A stretch of DNA of 64,000 bases from Heterodontus francisci (taxonomy: Eukaryota). Positions 12,571 through 24,766 of this stretch are shown piece by piece. The notes below the pieces were generated by a model. The model worked only from the letters and a program-made list of their open reading frames with translations, made no database searches and had not been told where the DNA came from. Location of the stretch: NCBI RefSeq assembly GCF_036365525.1, contig NC_090411.1, forward strand, positions 30,334,432 through 30,398,431, written 5' to 3'. Positions within the stretch are counted from its first letter, which is position 1, and the number at the start of each line of letters is the position of its first letter. A program made the position numbers and the translations under genes.

Positions 12571-14704
12571 TTCATTATCTTGTCTGGTCTGGCAGCATTT
12601 GTAGAGAGAAAAGCAGAGTTAACATTTCCGGTCAGTGACCCTTCTTCAGAACTGACAAATATTAGAAATATAAAAGGTTTAAAGCAAGTAAAGCGGGGGG
12701 TGGGGCAAGAGATAACAAAAGAGGTGTTGATAGGACAAGGTCACAGAGAATAACTGACCAGAAGGTCATGGAAAAAAGGCAAACGGTATGTTAATAAGTG
12801 TGCTGAAAGACAAAGCGTTAGTTCAGAGAGGGTGTGAATTGACTGTAAAGCGCAAAGCACTCCAAGCACAAACATTAAAATTTAAAAAAAACCAGGAACA
12901 GTGGGTAGGCACAACAGTGCTCGACTGGAGTCCCTAGTTTGTAGAAGGCAGTGAATGAAGCTCACTGATGCTAAAGTTATAGGCACCTAAATCTAGCCAG
13001 TGGGTAGGCTTTGTTCCATGACCTTCTGGTCAGTTATTCTCTGTGACCTTGTCCTATCAACACCTCTTTTGATATCTCTTGCCCCACCCCCTGCTTTACT
13101 TGCTTAAAACCTTTTATATTTCTGTCAGTTCCGAAGAAGGGTTAAAGGGTCACTGACCTGAAAGGTTAACTCTGCTTTTCTCTCCACAGATGCTGCCAGA
13201 CCTGCTGAGTATTTCCAGCATTTCTTGTTTGTACTTCATATTTCCAGCATCTGCAGTATTTTGACTTTATTTTAGTGCTTAATTCACTGCCACTTCACTT
13301 CCAGGAATGCCTACCTTGAAGTTGTTCTGCTCTTCTCTCCGACGGGATTTTCGTTTGTCTCTTTTACCTTGTTCACCTTCTTTGCTTTCTATTTCCCTCC
13401 TGGTGTTTGATAAAGTGTCAACCAAAACTTGTTTTCACAGCCACATCTCCTTCCTCAGTGACTGTCTCTGACTCCGACTTATTCCACATGGATGCCAACT
13501 GAAGTTTCATCCTTCGTGTTTTGAATCCACCCAGGATTATAGGTATCTCCGAGAAATACAATGTTCCTCGGACTGCTGTTCTCGCCCCATCCTGAGATCG
13601 ACACTCAGTGCCATGCGCTGCCACATGTACACACTGAACCTCTCTCTCCAGAAGCACTGCCTCACCTTATCTCAAAGCTGTTCTCCTCCGCAGTTTCATT
13701 TCATCCTTCATCTTATCCGACACATTAACAAAAAACTTTTTCTTCCTTTCAGGTGTTAAGGAACTTAAACTCCAGCAACTGATGGGGACTAATGCCCCTC
13801 CAGATACTTCTTCCCCTTCACTTCCCTCTGACCCCACCCCTTCTGATCTGACCCCTTGCTGTGTATTCACTATACCCTCTGACCTTCCCCTCTCTGATGC
13901 TGAATGATTTGTACTCAACAAAGGTCTCAGTTTCATCCCCTTACGCCACCACCTCAATGAATTTCATGCTCGGCATGACGTTGAGCTCTTCTTCCGTCGC
14001 CTTCGCCTCCGGGCTCACTTCTTTGACCAGGTGTCCTCCCCCCGGCCAGCAGACCCATTCACCCACCTCCAGCATTCTCCCTCTACCTGGACCCCTCCCT
14101 CTGGCCTCTTACCTGCTCTTGATCTTTTCATTGAAAACTGGTGGCAAGACATCGGCTGTCTCAATTTCTCTGCCCCCCTCACTCACTCTAACCTGCCCCC
14201 CTCTGAGCTTGCCGCACTCCGTTCTCTCAGGTCTAACCCCAACATTGTCATCAAACCTGCAGATAAGGGTGGTGCTGTTGTTGTCTGGCATGCCGATCTC
14301 TACCTTGCAGAGGCACAGCACCAACTCTCGGACACTTCTTCCTACTTCCCCCGGACCCCACCACCGAACGTCAAGCTACTGTCCACAGGACTGTCACTGA
14401 TCTCATCTCCTCTGGAGATCTTCCCTCTACAGCTTCCAACCTCATAGTCCCGCAACCCCAGACAGCCGCTTCTACCTCCTTCCCAAAATTCACAAACAGG
14501 ACTGTCCCAGCAGACCCATTGTTTCAGCCTGTTCCTGCCCCACTGAACTTATTTCTTCCTATCTTGACTCTATCTTTTCTCCCCTGGTCCAGTCTCTTCC
14601 CACCTACATCCGTGACTCTTCTGATGCCCTACGTCATTTTGACAATTTCCAGTTTCCTGCCCTAACCGCCTCCTCTTCACTATGGACACCCAATCTCGCT
14701 CACA

Positions 14705-16092
14705 CCTGGTGATAGTCAAGGGTTGTTTCTGCGAGTGGAAGCCTGTGACCAGTTGTGTACTGCAGGGATTGGTGCGGAGACCCTTGCTGTTTTGTAGTGT
14801 ACATTAATGATTTAGACATGAATATAGGAGGTATAATCAGTAAGTTCGCGGATGACGCGAAAATTGGTGGTGGTGTAAATAGTGAGAGGAAAGCCTTAGA
14901 TTACAGGACAATATAGATGGGCTGGTAAGATGGGCGGAGCAGTGGCAAATGGAATTTAATCCTGAAAAGTGTGAGGTGATGCATTTTGGGAGGACTAACA
15001 AGGCAAGGGAATATACAATGGATGGTAGGACCCTAGGAAGTACAGAAGGTCAGAGGGACCTTGGTGTACTTTTCCATAGATCACTGAAGGCAGCAGCACA
15101 GGTAGATAAGGTGGTTAGGAAGGCATATGGGATACTTGCCTTTATTAGCCGAGGCACAGAATACAAGAGCAGGGAGGTTATGATGGAGCTGTATAAAACA
15201 CTAGTTAGGCCACAGCTGGAATACTGTGTACAGTTCTGGGCACCACACTATAGGAAGGAGGTGATTGCACTGGAGAGGGTGCAAAGGAGATTCACCAGGA
15301 TGTTGCCTGGGCGGAAGGGTTTCAGCTATAAAGAGAGAATGAAAAGGCGGTGTTTTCCTTAGAGCATAGTGCGCAGTGGTTAGCACCGCAGCCTCACAGC
15401 TCCAGCGACCCGGGTTCAATTCTGGGTACTGCCTGTGTGGAGTTTGCAAGTTCTCCCTGTGTCTGCGTGGGTTTCCTCCGGGTGCTCCGGTTTCCTCCCA
15501 CATGCCAAAGACTTGCAGGTTGATAGGTTAATTGGCCATTATAAATTGCCCCTAGTATAGGTAGGTGGTAGGGAAATATAGGGACAGGTGGGGATGTGGT
15601 AGGAATATGGGATTAGTGTAGGGTTAGTATACTTGGGTGGTTGATGGTCGGCACAGACTAGGTGGGCCGAAGGGCCTGTTTCAGTGCTGTATCTCTAAAA
15701 GCAGAGAAGGATGAGGGGGGACATGATTGAGGTATACAAAATTATGAGGGGCATTGATAGATTAGATAGGAAGAACCTTATTCCCTTAATGGAGGGGTCA
15801 ATAACCAGGGGGCATAGATTTAAGGTAAGGGGCAGGAGGTTTAGAGGGGATTTGAGGAAACATTATTTCACCCAGAGGGTGGTTGGAATCTGGAACGCAC
15901 TGCTTGAAGAGGTGGTAGAAGCAGGAACAATCACAACATTTAAGAAGTATTTAGATGACCACTTGAAAGGCCATCGCATACAAGGCTACAGGCCAAGTGC
16001 TGGAAAATGGGATTAGTATAGGTAGGTGCTTGATGGCCAGCACAGACATGATGGGCTGAAGGGCCTGTTTCTGTGCTGTATGACTCTATGAC
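14705..16092 (+). mobile_element. CR1-type LINE fragment nested in the Penelope RT
   Basis: MEFNPEKCEVMHFGR...[15 protein letters not shown]...FTQRVVGIWNAL. It splits the PLE RT segment SLYT|SIPH. Confidence 0.88.
15368..15697 (+). mobile_element. HE1/V-SINE nested in CR1 (which is nested in Penelope)
   Basis: Full head, V-domain and CR1-derived tail gggccgaagggcctgtttcagtgctgtatctcta. Confidence 0.88.
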
Positions 16093-17802
16093 TCCATCCC
16101 CCACGAGGATGGTTTGAGGGCTCTCCGCTTCTTCGTTGAACAGAGGCCCAACCAGTCCCCATCCACCACCACCCTCCTCCACCTGGCTGAACTTGTTCTC
16201 ACATTGAACAACTTCTCCTTCAACTCCACTCACTTCCTTCAAGTAAAAGGCTATGGGTACCCGCATGGGACTTCGTTATGCCTGTCTTTTTGTGGAATAT
16301 GTCGATATTTCTTGTTCCTGTCCTACTGAGGCCCCCTCCCCCAACTTTTTCCAGTACATTGATGACTGTATTGGTGTCGTTTCCTGCTCCCACCCGGAAC
16401 TAGAAAACTTTATCAACTTTGCTTCTAATTTTTACCTTTCTCTCACCTTCACACAGTCCATCTCCGACCCTTCCCTTCCTCGATTTCTCTGTCTCCATCT
16501 CCAGGGATAGGCTGTCTATTAATATTCATAATAAGCCCACCGACTCCCACAGCTACCTCAACTACACTTCTTCACACCCTGCCTCCTGTAAGGACTCCAC
16601 TCCATTCTCCCAGTTTCTCCATCTCAGACGCATCTGCTCTGATGATGCTACCTTCCATGACAGTGCATCTGATATGTCTTCCTTTTTCCTCAACCGAGGA
16701 CCCCCCCCTCCCCCACCCCCCACTGTAGTTGACAGGGCCCTCAACCGTGTCCGGCCCACTTCCCGCACCTCTACCCTCACCCCTTCCCCTCCCTCCCAGA
16801 ACCTCGACAGGTTTCCCCTTGTCCTCACTTTCCACCCTACCAGCCTCCAGATCCAAAGGATCATCCTCTGCCACTTCCACCACATCCAGCGTGATGCCAC
16901 TACCAAATGCATCTTCCCCTCCCTTCCCCGTCAGCATTCCAAAGGGATCGTTTCCTCCGCGACACCCTTGTCCATTCCTCCATTACCCCCACGGCCTCGT
17001 CCCCTTCCCACAGCACCTTCCCCTGCAATCGCAGGAGGTGTAATACCTGCCCATTTACCTCCTCTCTCCTCACTATCAAAGGCCCCAAACACTCCTTTCA
17101 GGTGAAGCAGGGATTTACTTGTACTTCTTTCAATTTAGTATACTGTATTCACTGCTCACAATGTGGTCTCCTCTACACTGGGGAGAGCAAACGCAGATTG
17201 GGTGACCGCTTTGCGGAACACCTCCGCTCTGTCCGAAAGCATGAGCCCGTGCTTCCGGTTGTTGGCCATTTCAACACGCCCCCTCTCCCCCCCCCCCCCC
17301 TTGCTCTCATGCTCACATCTCTGTCCTGGGATTGCTGCAGTGTTCCAGCGAACTTCAACGCAAGCTCGAGGAACAGCATCTCATTTACCGATTAGGCTCG
17401 CTACAGCCTACCAGACTGAACATTGAATTCAATAATTTCAGATCATGATGGGGCCCCCCCCCCCCACTTTTATGTTTCGTTCTTTTTTATTTGGTCATTT
17501 TATTTTAGGTTTTTTTAGTGTGTTTAGTTTGTTTGTACTGTGCCTACCCACTGTTTCTGTTTTTTAAATTTTTTTTTAATGTTTGTGCTTGGAGTGCTTT
17601 GTGCTTTACGGTCAATTCACACCCTCTCTGTACTAACGCTTTGTCTTTCAGCACACCAGTGACATACCGTTTGCCTTTGTTCCATGAACTTTTGGTCAGT
17701 TATTCTCCGTGACCTTGTTCTATTAACACCTTCTCTTTTGTTATCTCTTGCCCCACCCCTCACTTTACTTGCTTAAAACCTATTATATTTCTAATATTTG
17801 TC

Positions 17803-17839
17803 AGTTCTGAAGAAGGGTCACTGACCTGAAACGTTAACT
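17803..17839 (+). ncRNA. Minimal type-I hammerhead ribozyme motif in the Penelope 3' pseudo-LTR
   Basis: AGUU-CUGAAGA-A-GGGUC(ACU)GACCU-GAAA-CG-UU^AACU: core CUGANGA/GAAA, stem II hairpin, palindromic AACGUU helix III, stem I AGUU/AACU. Confidence 0.7.
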
Positions 17840-18307
17840 CTGCTTTTCTCTCCTCAGATGCTGCCAGAGCTGCTGAATATTTCCAGCATTTCTTATATCA
17901 GATTTCCAGCATCTGCATTATTTTGCTTTCATTATCTTGTCCATTTGCTCGCTAAGGTGGGCGTAAATCACGGAAGAGAAGGAGAATTCTCCTTCTGGCC
18001 AATATTTATCACTAAATCTGCTGTGCACAAATGGCTGCCGCATTTCCTACATTACGAAACTAACTGCACTTCAAAAATGCTTCATTGGCTGTAAAGTGCA
18101 TTGGGACGTCTTGAGGTTGTGAAAGGCGCTATAGAAATGCAAATCTTTTTTCCTCTTAGTCACCATCTTTCAGGGATAAATAGAGCACATTTCTTCAGGC
18201 TTTCCTCATAATTCTGCCCTCTGGCATTAGGGATCAGTCTGCTAGCTTCTCTCTGCACTGCCTTCAAGGCCTAAATGGCTCTCTTATATGTCGATAACCA
18301 AAACTAT

Positions 18308-18483
18308 TTTCTTTCTTTTCTTTTGGGCCTCCTTATCTCGAGAGACAATGGATACGCGCCTGGAGGTGGTCAGTGGTTTGTGAAGCAGCGCCTGGAGTGG
18401 CTATAAAGGCCAATTCTGGAGTGACAGGCTCTTCCACAGGTGCTGCAGAGAAATTTGTTTGTTGGGGCTGTTGCACAGTTGGC
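18308..18483 (-). mobile_element. 5'-truncated RTE copy (176 bp) with 12-bp target-site duplication
   Basis: Nearly identical to 2868-3030. TSD aaccaaaactat at 18296-18307 and 18484-18495. Confidence 0.92.
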
Positions 18484-18612
18484 AACCAAAACTATATATG
18501 GTGCTTAAGAGGTAAGGGTCAGCCATTTAGGACTGAGATGAAGAGGAATCTCTTCACTCTGAGGGTTACACATCTTTGAAGTTCTCTACCCCAGAGGGCT
18601 GTGGATACTCAG

Positions 18613-19385
18613 TAACATTTGCGCCACACAAGTGCCGGGCAATGACCATCTCAAACAAGGGAGAATCTAACCATCTCCCCTTGATGTTCAACAGCATTAA
18701 CATCGCTGAATACCCCACTATCAACATCCTGGGGCTTACCATTGACCAGAAACTCAGCTGAACCAGCCCAAATAAATTCTACAAGCATAGGTCAGAGATA
18801 GGAATTCTGAAGCGAGTAACTCACCTCCTGTCTCTCCAATGCTTGTCCACCATCTACAAGGCACTAGTCAGGAGCATGATGGAATACTCCCCACTTACCT
18901 GTGGGTGCGGCTCCAACAACACTGAAGAGGCTCGACACCATCCAGGACAGAGCAGCCAGCTTGACTGGCACCCCATTCACCACCTTCAACATTTACTCCC
19001 TTCACCACTGTGGCAGCAGTGTGTACCCTCTACATGATGCACAGCAGCAACTTACCAAGGCTCCTTTCAACAACCCCTTCAAAACCTGAGAGCTCTACCA
19101 CCTAGAAGGACAAGGACAGCAGATGAATGGGAACACCACCACCTGCAAGTTCCCCTCAAAGCCACACACCATTCTGACTTGGAATTATATTGCCGTTCCT
19201 TCACTGTCTCTGGGTCAAAATCCTGGAACTCGCTTCCTAACAGCACTGTGGGTGCACCTACCTCACATGGACTGCAGCGGTTCAAGAAGGCAGCTCACCA
19301 CCTCCTTCTCAAGGACAATTAAGGATGGTAATAAATGCTAGCCTAGCCAGTGATGCCCACATCCCAGAAACAAGTAAAAAAAAAA
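18613..19385 (+). mobile_element. CR1-group LINE 3' fragment of a second family. Related pieces at ~26425-26835(-), 30025-30335(-), 52885-53000(-)
   Basis: VTFAPHKCRAMTIS, TIYKALVRSMMEYSPL, LKRLDTIQDRA. 3' end ...gatgcccacatccc plus A-tail. Confidence 0.7.
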
Positions 19386-21239
19386 GTTGAGTATATTGCT
19401 AGATTTTTGGATATCAAGTGATTATAGGAATAGTGCACAAAGTTGAGCTGAGGCAAAAGATCAGCCATGGACTTATTGAATGGTGCAACAGGTTCAAAGA
19501 TGTTATGGCCTACTCCTGCCTCTATTTCTTGTTCTTATATAAATAAATGCAAGCTGTTGTTTGTACCAGTTGAAAATTTTCTTGAAACAATTATGAGAGT
19601 GCCCCGACAGCCTCACAAAACGAGGGCACTGCAGAAATGCGGTCGGTGGTCTCAAATGAAAAGGAAATTGCTACAAGATTTACTCTGAGATAGTTTGCTA
19701 TCTCATGCAGATTACACAGCTTGCAGCTAGATTTAGGCGCCTGTAACTTTAGCATCAGCGAGCTTCATTCACTGCCTTCTACAAACTAGGGACTCCAGTC
19801 GAACAAAGATGAGAGGGGTTTGCATCTCCCCTGTGAACACATCCTTGAGTCCAGTGATCAATTCACCTATCTTGGTACTGTAAAAAGGAAGAGATTTTCA
19901 CACAATTAAAAATGCATTATCTGGATAAACACCTTCATTGATTGCTCTTCTAACACCATAAACTGATGCAAAAAATAAAGATAAGTTGCTGATGATCAGT
20001 TTATAGACCTCAGGGAAAAAAAATTTCAGATAGTAATCTCCCTTTGAAATACAAATAACAACTAGGCCAAGAGCTGGCCAAGAAAGTTCAAACCATCTAA
20101 TCAGTCTGGAATTTACAGCATTATCTGGTATCTGAGTTGAAAACTGTACTCAGGATGCCCAAAGATTGCTCTGTGCCCTAATAAAACACACATTATTATT
20201 AGATCCCATTTGTGGAGTTGCTAAGTGATTTATTCTTGTTCTGCTCTCTTGGTGGAGCTTGATGTAATGCTGCAGACTGATCTTTTTTGCCCAGATTCAT
20301 TATCCTGTCCATTTGCTCTCTCAGATGGGCATAAAGGATCCCATGGCAATATATTGATGAAGAGCAGGGGAATTCTCCCCGGTGTCTTAGCCAATATTTA
20401 ACACTAAATCAACATCACAAAAACAGATTATCTGGTCATTATCACATCGTCGTTTGTAGGAACTTGCTGTGTGCCAATTGGCTGCTGCGCTTCCTCATTA
20501 CAACACTGATTACCCTTCAAAAATGCTTCATTGGCTGTAAAGCATTTTGGGTTCTCCTCAGGTTGTGAAAGGCGCTACAGAAATGCAAGCCGTTCTTTCT
20601 CTTAGTCACCACCTTTCAGGGATAAATAGAGCACGTTTCTTCAGGTTTTCCTCATAATTCTGCCCTCCGGCATTAGGGATCAGTCTGCTAGCTTCTCTCT
20701 GCATTGCCTTCAAGCCTTAAATGTCTCTCTCATATGTGTCGATGACTAAAACTGTATATGGTGCTTAAGAGGCAAGGATCGGCCATTTAGGACTGATAAT
20801 AAAGAGAGATTTCTTCATTCAGAGTATTTTCTTTGAGTATATTCAATACGGAAATCAACAGATTTTTGGACAATAAGGGATTCAAGGGATATGGGGATAG
20901 AGCAGAGACGTGGAGTGGAGGTAGAAGATCTGCCATGATCTTACTGAATGGCAAGCAGGCTCAATGAGCCATAAGGACAAAACCTGCTCCAATTCTGATG
21001 TCCTTGCACTCAGTTCTAGCTTGATATAGGTGCTGAAAATTTTATGCAAGGTAAAGCTGACAATTCATAGCACCTTTCTCATTTCATTCTACAGATTTTT
21101 TTTTTTTTACATAGGAAAAGCATCTTGTAGCCTAGTATCCAATGTCATCCCACCCCAACATGATACAGTCAGGTCAGCCAGCATTGCTCAATGGATCTGT
21201 GAAGCGTGAGGACATCATTTTGGATTCCTTCCATGGAAC

Positions 21240-21605
21240 TAGCACAGCGGTTATGTCACTGGACTAATATTCCAGAAGTCTGGACTAATGATCTGGAGAC
21301 ATGAGTTCAAATCCCACTATGGCTGGAGAATTTAAATTCAGTTAATAAATAAAAATCTGGATTTAAAAAGCTAGCCCCTGTAATGGTGGCCACAATTGTT
21401 ATAAAAACCCATCTTCATTAATGCCCTTTAGGAACGGAAATCTGCTGTCCTTACCCCTCTGGTCTATATGTGACTCCAGACCCATGGCAATATGGTTGGC
21501 TCTTAACTGCCCTCTGAAATGGGCAGGCAAACCACTCAGTTAAGGGCAATTAGTGATGGGAAGTAAATGCTGGCCTTGCCGGCGATGCCCACATCCCATG
21601 AATGA
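21240..21605 (+). mobile_element. Third tRNA-derived SINE family sharing its 3' end with the 18613-19385 LINE. Copies at ~36935-37265, 43765-44030(-), 53905-54298(-)
   Basis: Head gtcactggacta..tccaga...gagttcaaatccc, core gaaatctgc.gtccttacc...gtgactccagaccca, tail gggcaattag.gatggg...gatgcccacatccc. Confidence 0.65.
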
Positions 21606-21630
21606 ATTTTTTAAAATGCTAACGTCTTAC

Positions 21631-21708
21631 CCATAGCTAGAGCTGGACAAATCTTCCAGGTCAGCAACATCAAAGGGAAGTTCCAGGGAACGATCGCTGC
21701 GACAACAC
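21631..21708 (-). CDS. ALDH16A1: ALDH16A1 exon 5
   Basis: ttcag|GT GTT...ATG G|gtaag. Encodes (G)[25 protein letters not shown]. Confidence 0.92.
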
Positions 21709-21859
21709 CTGAATAGAGAGAGGAAGGGAAATGTATGGTACAGTATTTAATGGCAAAGCATTACAAGGGTGCATCTTTTAAAAAATGCAACCCTCACTAG
21801 GCAGAATTGTGAAATTTTTATGTACAGCTCGCATCTTCAGACAAGTTTTATGAACCTTA

Positions 21860-23170
21860 CTGTAAAGGCAAGTGATTTAAAATGGCACAGATTGGGAGTA
21901 GTTGGCACAGTGGATCAGAATCCAGCACAAGAAACTTGGAAGCATTGTCAACTGTGAGGAGGATGATGTAGAACTTCAAAAGGACATAGACAAGATGGGG
22001 GAATGGGCAGACAGATGAAGTTCAATGCAAAGAAATGTGAAGTGATTCATTTTGGTAGGAAGAACACGGAGAGACAATATAGAATAAAGGGTACCATTCT
22101 AAAGGGGGTTCAGGAGCAGAGAAACCTAGGTGTATATGTGCATAAGTCATTGAAGGTGGCAGGACAGGTTGAGAGCGGTTAATAAAGCATACAGTATCCT
22201 GGGCTTTATTAATTGGGACATAGAGTACAAGAGCAAGGAAGTTATGTTGAACTTGTACATGACACTAGTTTGGCCTCAGTTGGAGTACTGCATCCAATTC
22301 TGGGCATAGCACTTGAGGAAAGGGGCGGCACAGTGGCGCAGTGGTTAGCACCGCAGCCTCAGAACTCCAACGACCCGTGTTCAGTTCTGGGTACTGCCTG
22401 TGTGGAGTTTGCAAGTTCTCCCTGTGACCGCGTGGGTTTCCGCCGGGTGCTCCAGTTTCCTCCCACCGCCAAAGACTTGCAGGTTGATAGGTAAATTGGC
22501 CATTGTAAATTGCCCCTAGTGTAGGTAGGGAATATGGGATTAATGTAGGAGGGGATGTAGTAGGGAATATGGGATTAATGTAGGATTAGTATAAATGGGT
22601 GGTTGATGGTCGGCACAGACTTGGTGGGCCGAAGGGCCTGTTTCAGTGCTGTATCTCTCTATGACTCTAAAGACGTGAGGGCATTGGAGAGAGTACAGAA
22701 AAGATTCACGAGAATGGTTCCAGGGAGGAAGAACTTCAATTATGAAGATAGATTGAAGAAGTTAGGACTGTTTTCCTTGGAGAAGGCTGAGAGATGATTT
22801 GATAGAGGTATTCAAAATCATGACGGGTCTGGACAGAGTAGACAGAGAGAAACTGTTCCCACTCATGAAAGGATCGAGAACAAGAGGGCACAGATTAAAA
22901 TTATTTGGTAAGAGAAGCAAAAATGACATGAGGAGAAACTTTTCCACACAGCGAGTGGTTAAGGTCTGAAATGCGCTGCCTGAGAACGTGGTGGAGGCAG
23001 GTTCAAGTGAAGCATTCAAAAGGGAATTAGACAGTTATATGAAAAGGAAGAATATGCAGGGTTATGGGGAGAAGGCAGGGGAAATGGAACTGAGGGAGTT
23101 GCTCTTTCAGAGAGCTGGTGGGGACACGATGGGCCGAATGGCCTCCTTCTGTGCTGTAATGATTCTGTGA
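21860..23170 (+). mobile_element. CR1 3' fragment with nested HE1/V-SINE (22323-22665)
   Basis: Degenerate CR1 RT C-terminus ([18 protein letters not shown]) resumes directly after the SINE. Confidence 0.85.
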
Positions 23171-24766
23171 AGACAATCTGGTCTCTGCTGGCTGTAAGAG
23201 ACCCCTCATCTAAAACTCAGGCCATTTTATATGATGGATGCTACTTAGGTTGTTAAATGTGCAACGAGTTTGGAGCAGTCCCAGCTCATATTCTCAAAAT
23301 GCACTTATTCAGCTGAGTATGGCACTAAGCTTTCAGTATCACTCAGAGCTGCCTCAAGAGAGGCTGAGGTACGGGAAATGGAAATGATCGCACTGGTACA
23401 GCAGGCATACTCCTCTGAGGTTGGGCTGAGAGTACAAAAACTAGCCATGCTAAATGTGATCCAAGAATGCCTGATGAGGCAATGTAGAGTAAGTTTTACT
23501 CTGTATCTAACCCATGTTGTGGTTGACCTGAGATTGCTTGATGGAGCAGTGTAAAAGGAGAATAATGGCGCTTCTAAACCATGCTTTACCCAGATTGGGA
23601 GTGGAAGATGGGGCACTGAAGAAAGAGCTTTACTCTAATCCGTGCTGTACTTGTCCTGGGAGTGTTTGATAGGACGGTGTAGAGGGTACTTTACACTGTA
23701 TCTCACCTATGTAGTGCCTGCCTTGGGAGTGTTTGGTACTGACTCTGGGTGCCTATGTGGAACAAGAACATTTAGGTTGGTGGCAGTGTGGTGGGAGGAA
23801 GAGACACAATCCAGCCCTCAATCTAAGCCCATTTCACGCATGAAGTGTGGCCACCTGGATGAGGTACAGTATAGGACCACTGGCACCTTCACTGTACCAG
23901 AACACAAGTCAGTGACTTCAGGTTGGGGAAGGAGGGGAACATTTGCCAGAATTAAACCAATAAAAAGACTGTTGCTCACTAATCAGGCTGTGCCTCTGGG
24001 ACTCTGTTTCAACCCCTCCTGAACCAACTGCATCACAAATGTTGACTCTGTTTCTGCTCTGTTCTCATAACTGCATTGCAAACATTACCCTGTCTTCCCC
24101 CATGCAAGGCCTCAATATGTGTTCCAACATTCAGCACTTTTCGCAATTTCATTTTCCACACCAGTTAACAGCAGATATGGCAGCACACAAAGAATAAAAA
24201 CAGATGTAACCCATTTCGGGTTTATGGGGTCAGGAACTGAAGAGGATTTTGGATGGAACTTTGCTGAACAGTCTCACTGAAGCTCTTTCTGGGGTTTGGC
24301 AGCTGCATTAAATGCACATTTCCAGCTTGCTCACTATTCAAAGAACTTTCAGTCTGTTGTCTCCACCAGGTGGTGGAATAGAATCATAAGGCATGACACT
24401 AACTAGTAAATGCAGTCTTAACATAAGTGAGCTGTCTTCCCAATGTCAGGATGCCATTTGTATAAATTATCCTAGCGCATTTAAAGGAGGTTCCTTGGGA
24501 ACACAGCCACCTGAGTATTATAAAGTCATGCACTGTTCTCCTCAATGAGATGGTCTTCTGAGTAGTTGAGAGCACCTTAATGATCAAACATCAAATTGGA
24601 ATGAATGATGCATTTAAGAAAGAACTTGCATTTTTACAGCACATTTCACAACCATGGGATTCCCCAAAGCACATTACTGCCAGTGAAGTACATTTTTGAA
24701 GTGTAGTCACTGTTGTAATGTAGGAAACGCAGCAGCCAATTTGTGCATAGCAAGGTCCCACAAACA

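Larger units (their letters stand above)
12585..17927 (+). mobile_element. Penelope-like element (decayed RT + GIY-YIG endonuclease) with direct and inverted pseudo-LTRs, interrupted by CR1 + SINE
   Basis: Fragments IKPADKGGAVVVW, RFYLLPKIHK..RPIVS (~14466), QYIDD (~16352), CNRRRCNTC and LVYCIHCSQCGLLYTGESKRRLGDRFAEH. pLTRs at ~13010-13270 and ~17680-17927; inverted pLTR at ~12590-12780. Confidence 0.88.
7800..20800. repeat. Tandem triplication of a ~1.5-kb block in ALDH16A1 intron 5, each copy later split by different TE insertions
   Basis: The unique core ttatgagagtgtc...gcgagggcactgcagaaatg...gctagatttagg...cccagattca recurs at ~8100-8885, ~11360-12145 and ~19540-20300. Confidence 0.88.

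Noticed and set aside
15368-15440. tRNA gene (also at other HE1 and SINE heads)
   Set aside because: The A/B-box head runs directly into the SINE body; no complete cloverleaf.
13861-17426. Pro/Ser-rich ORFs as host genes
   Set aside because: Frameshifted pieces and alternate frames of the C-rich Penelope ORF.
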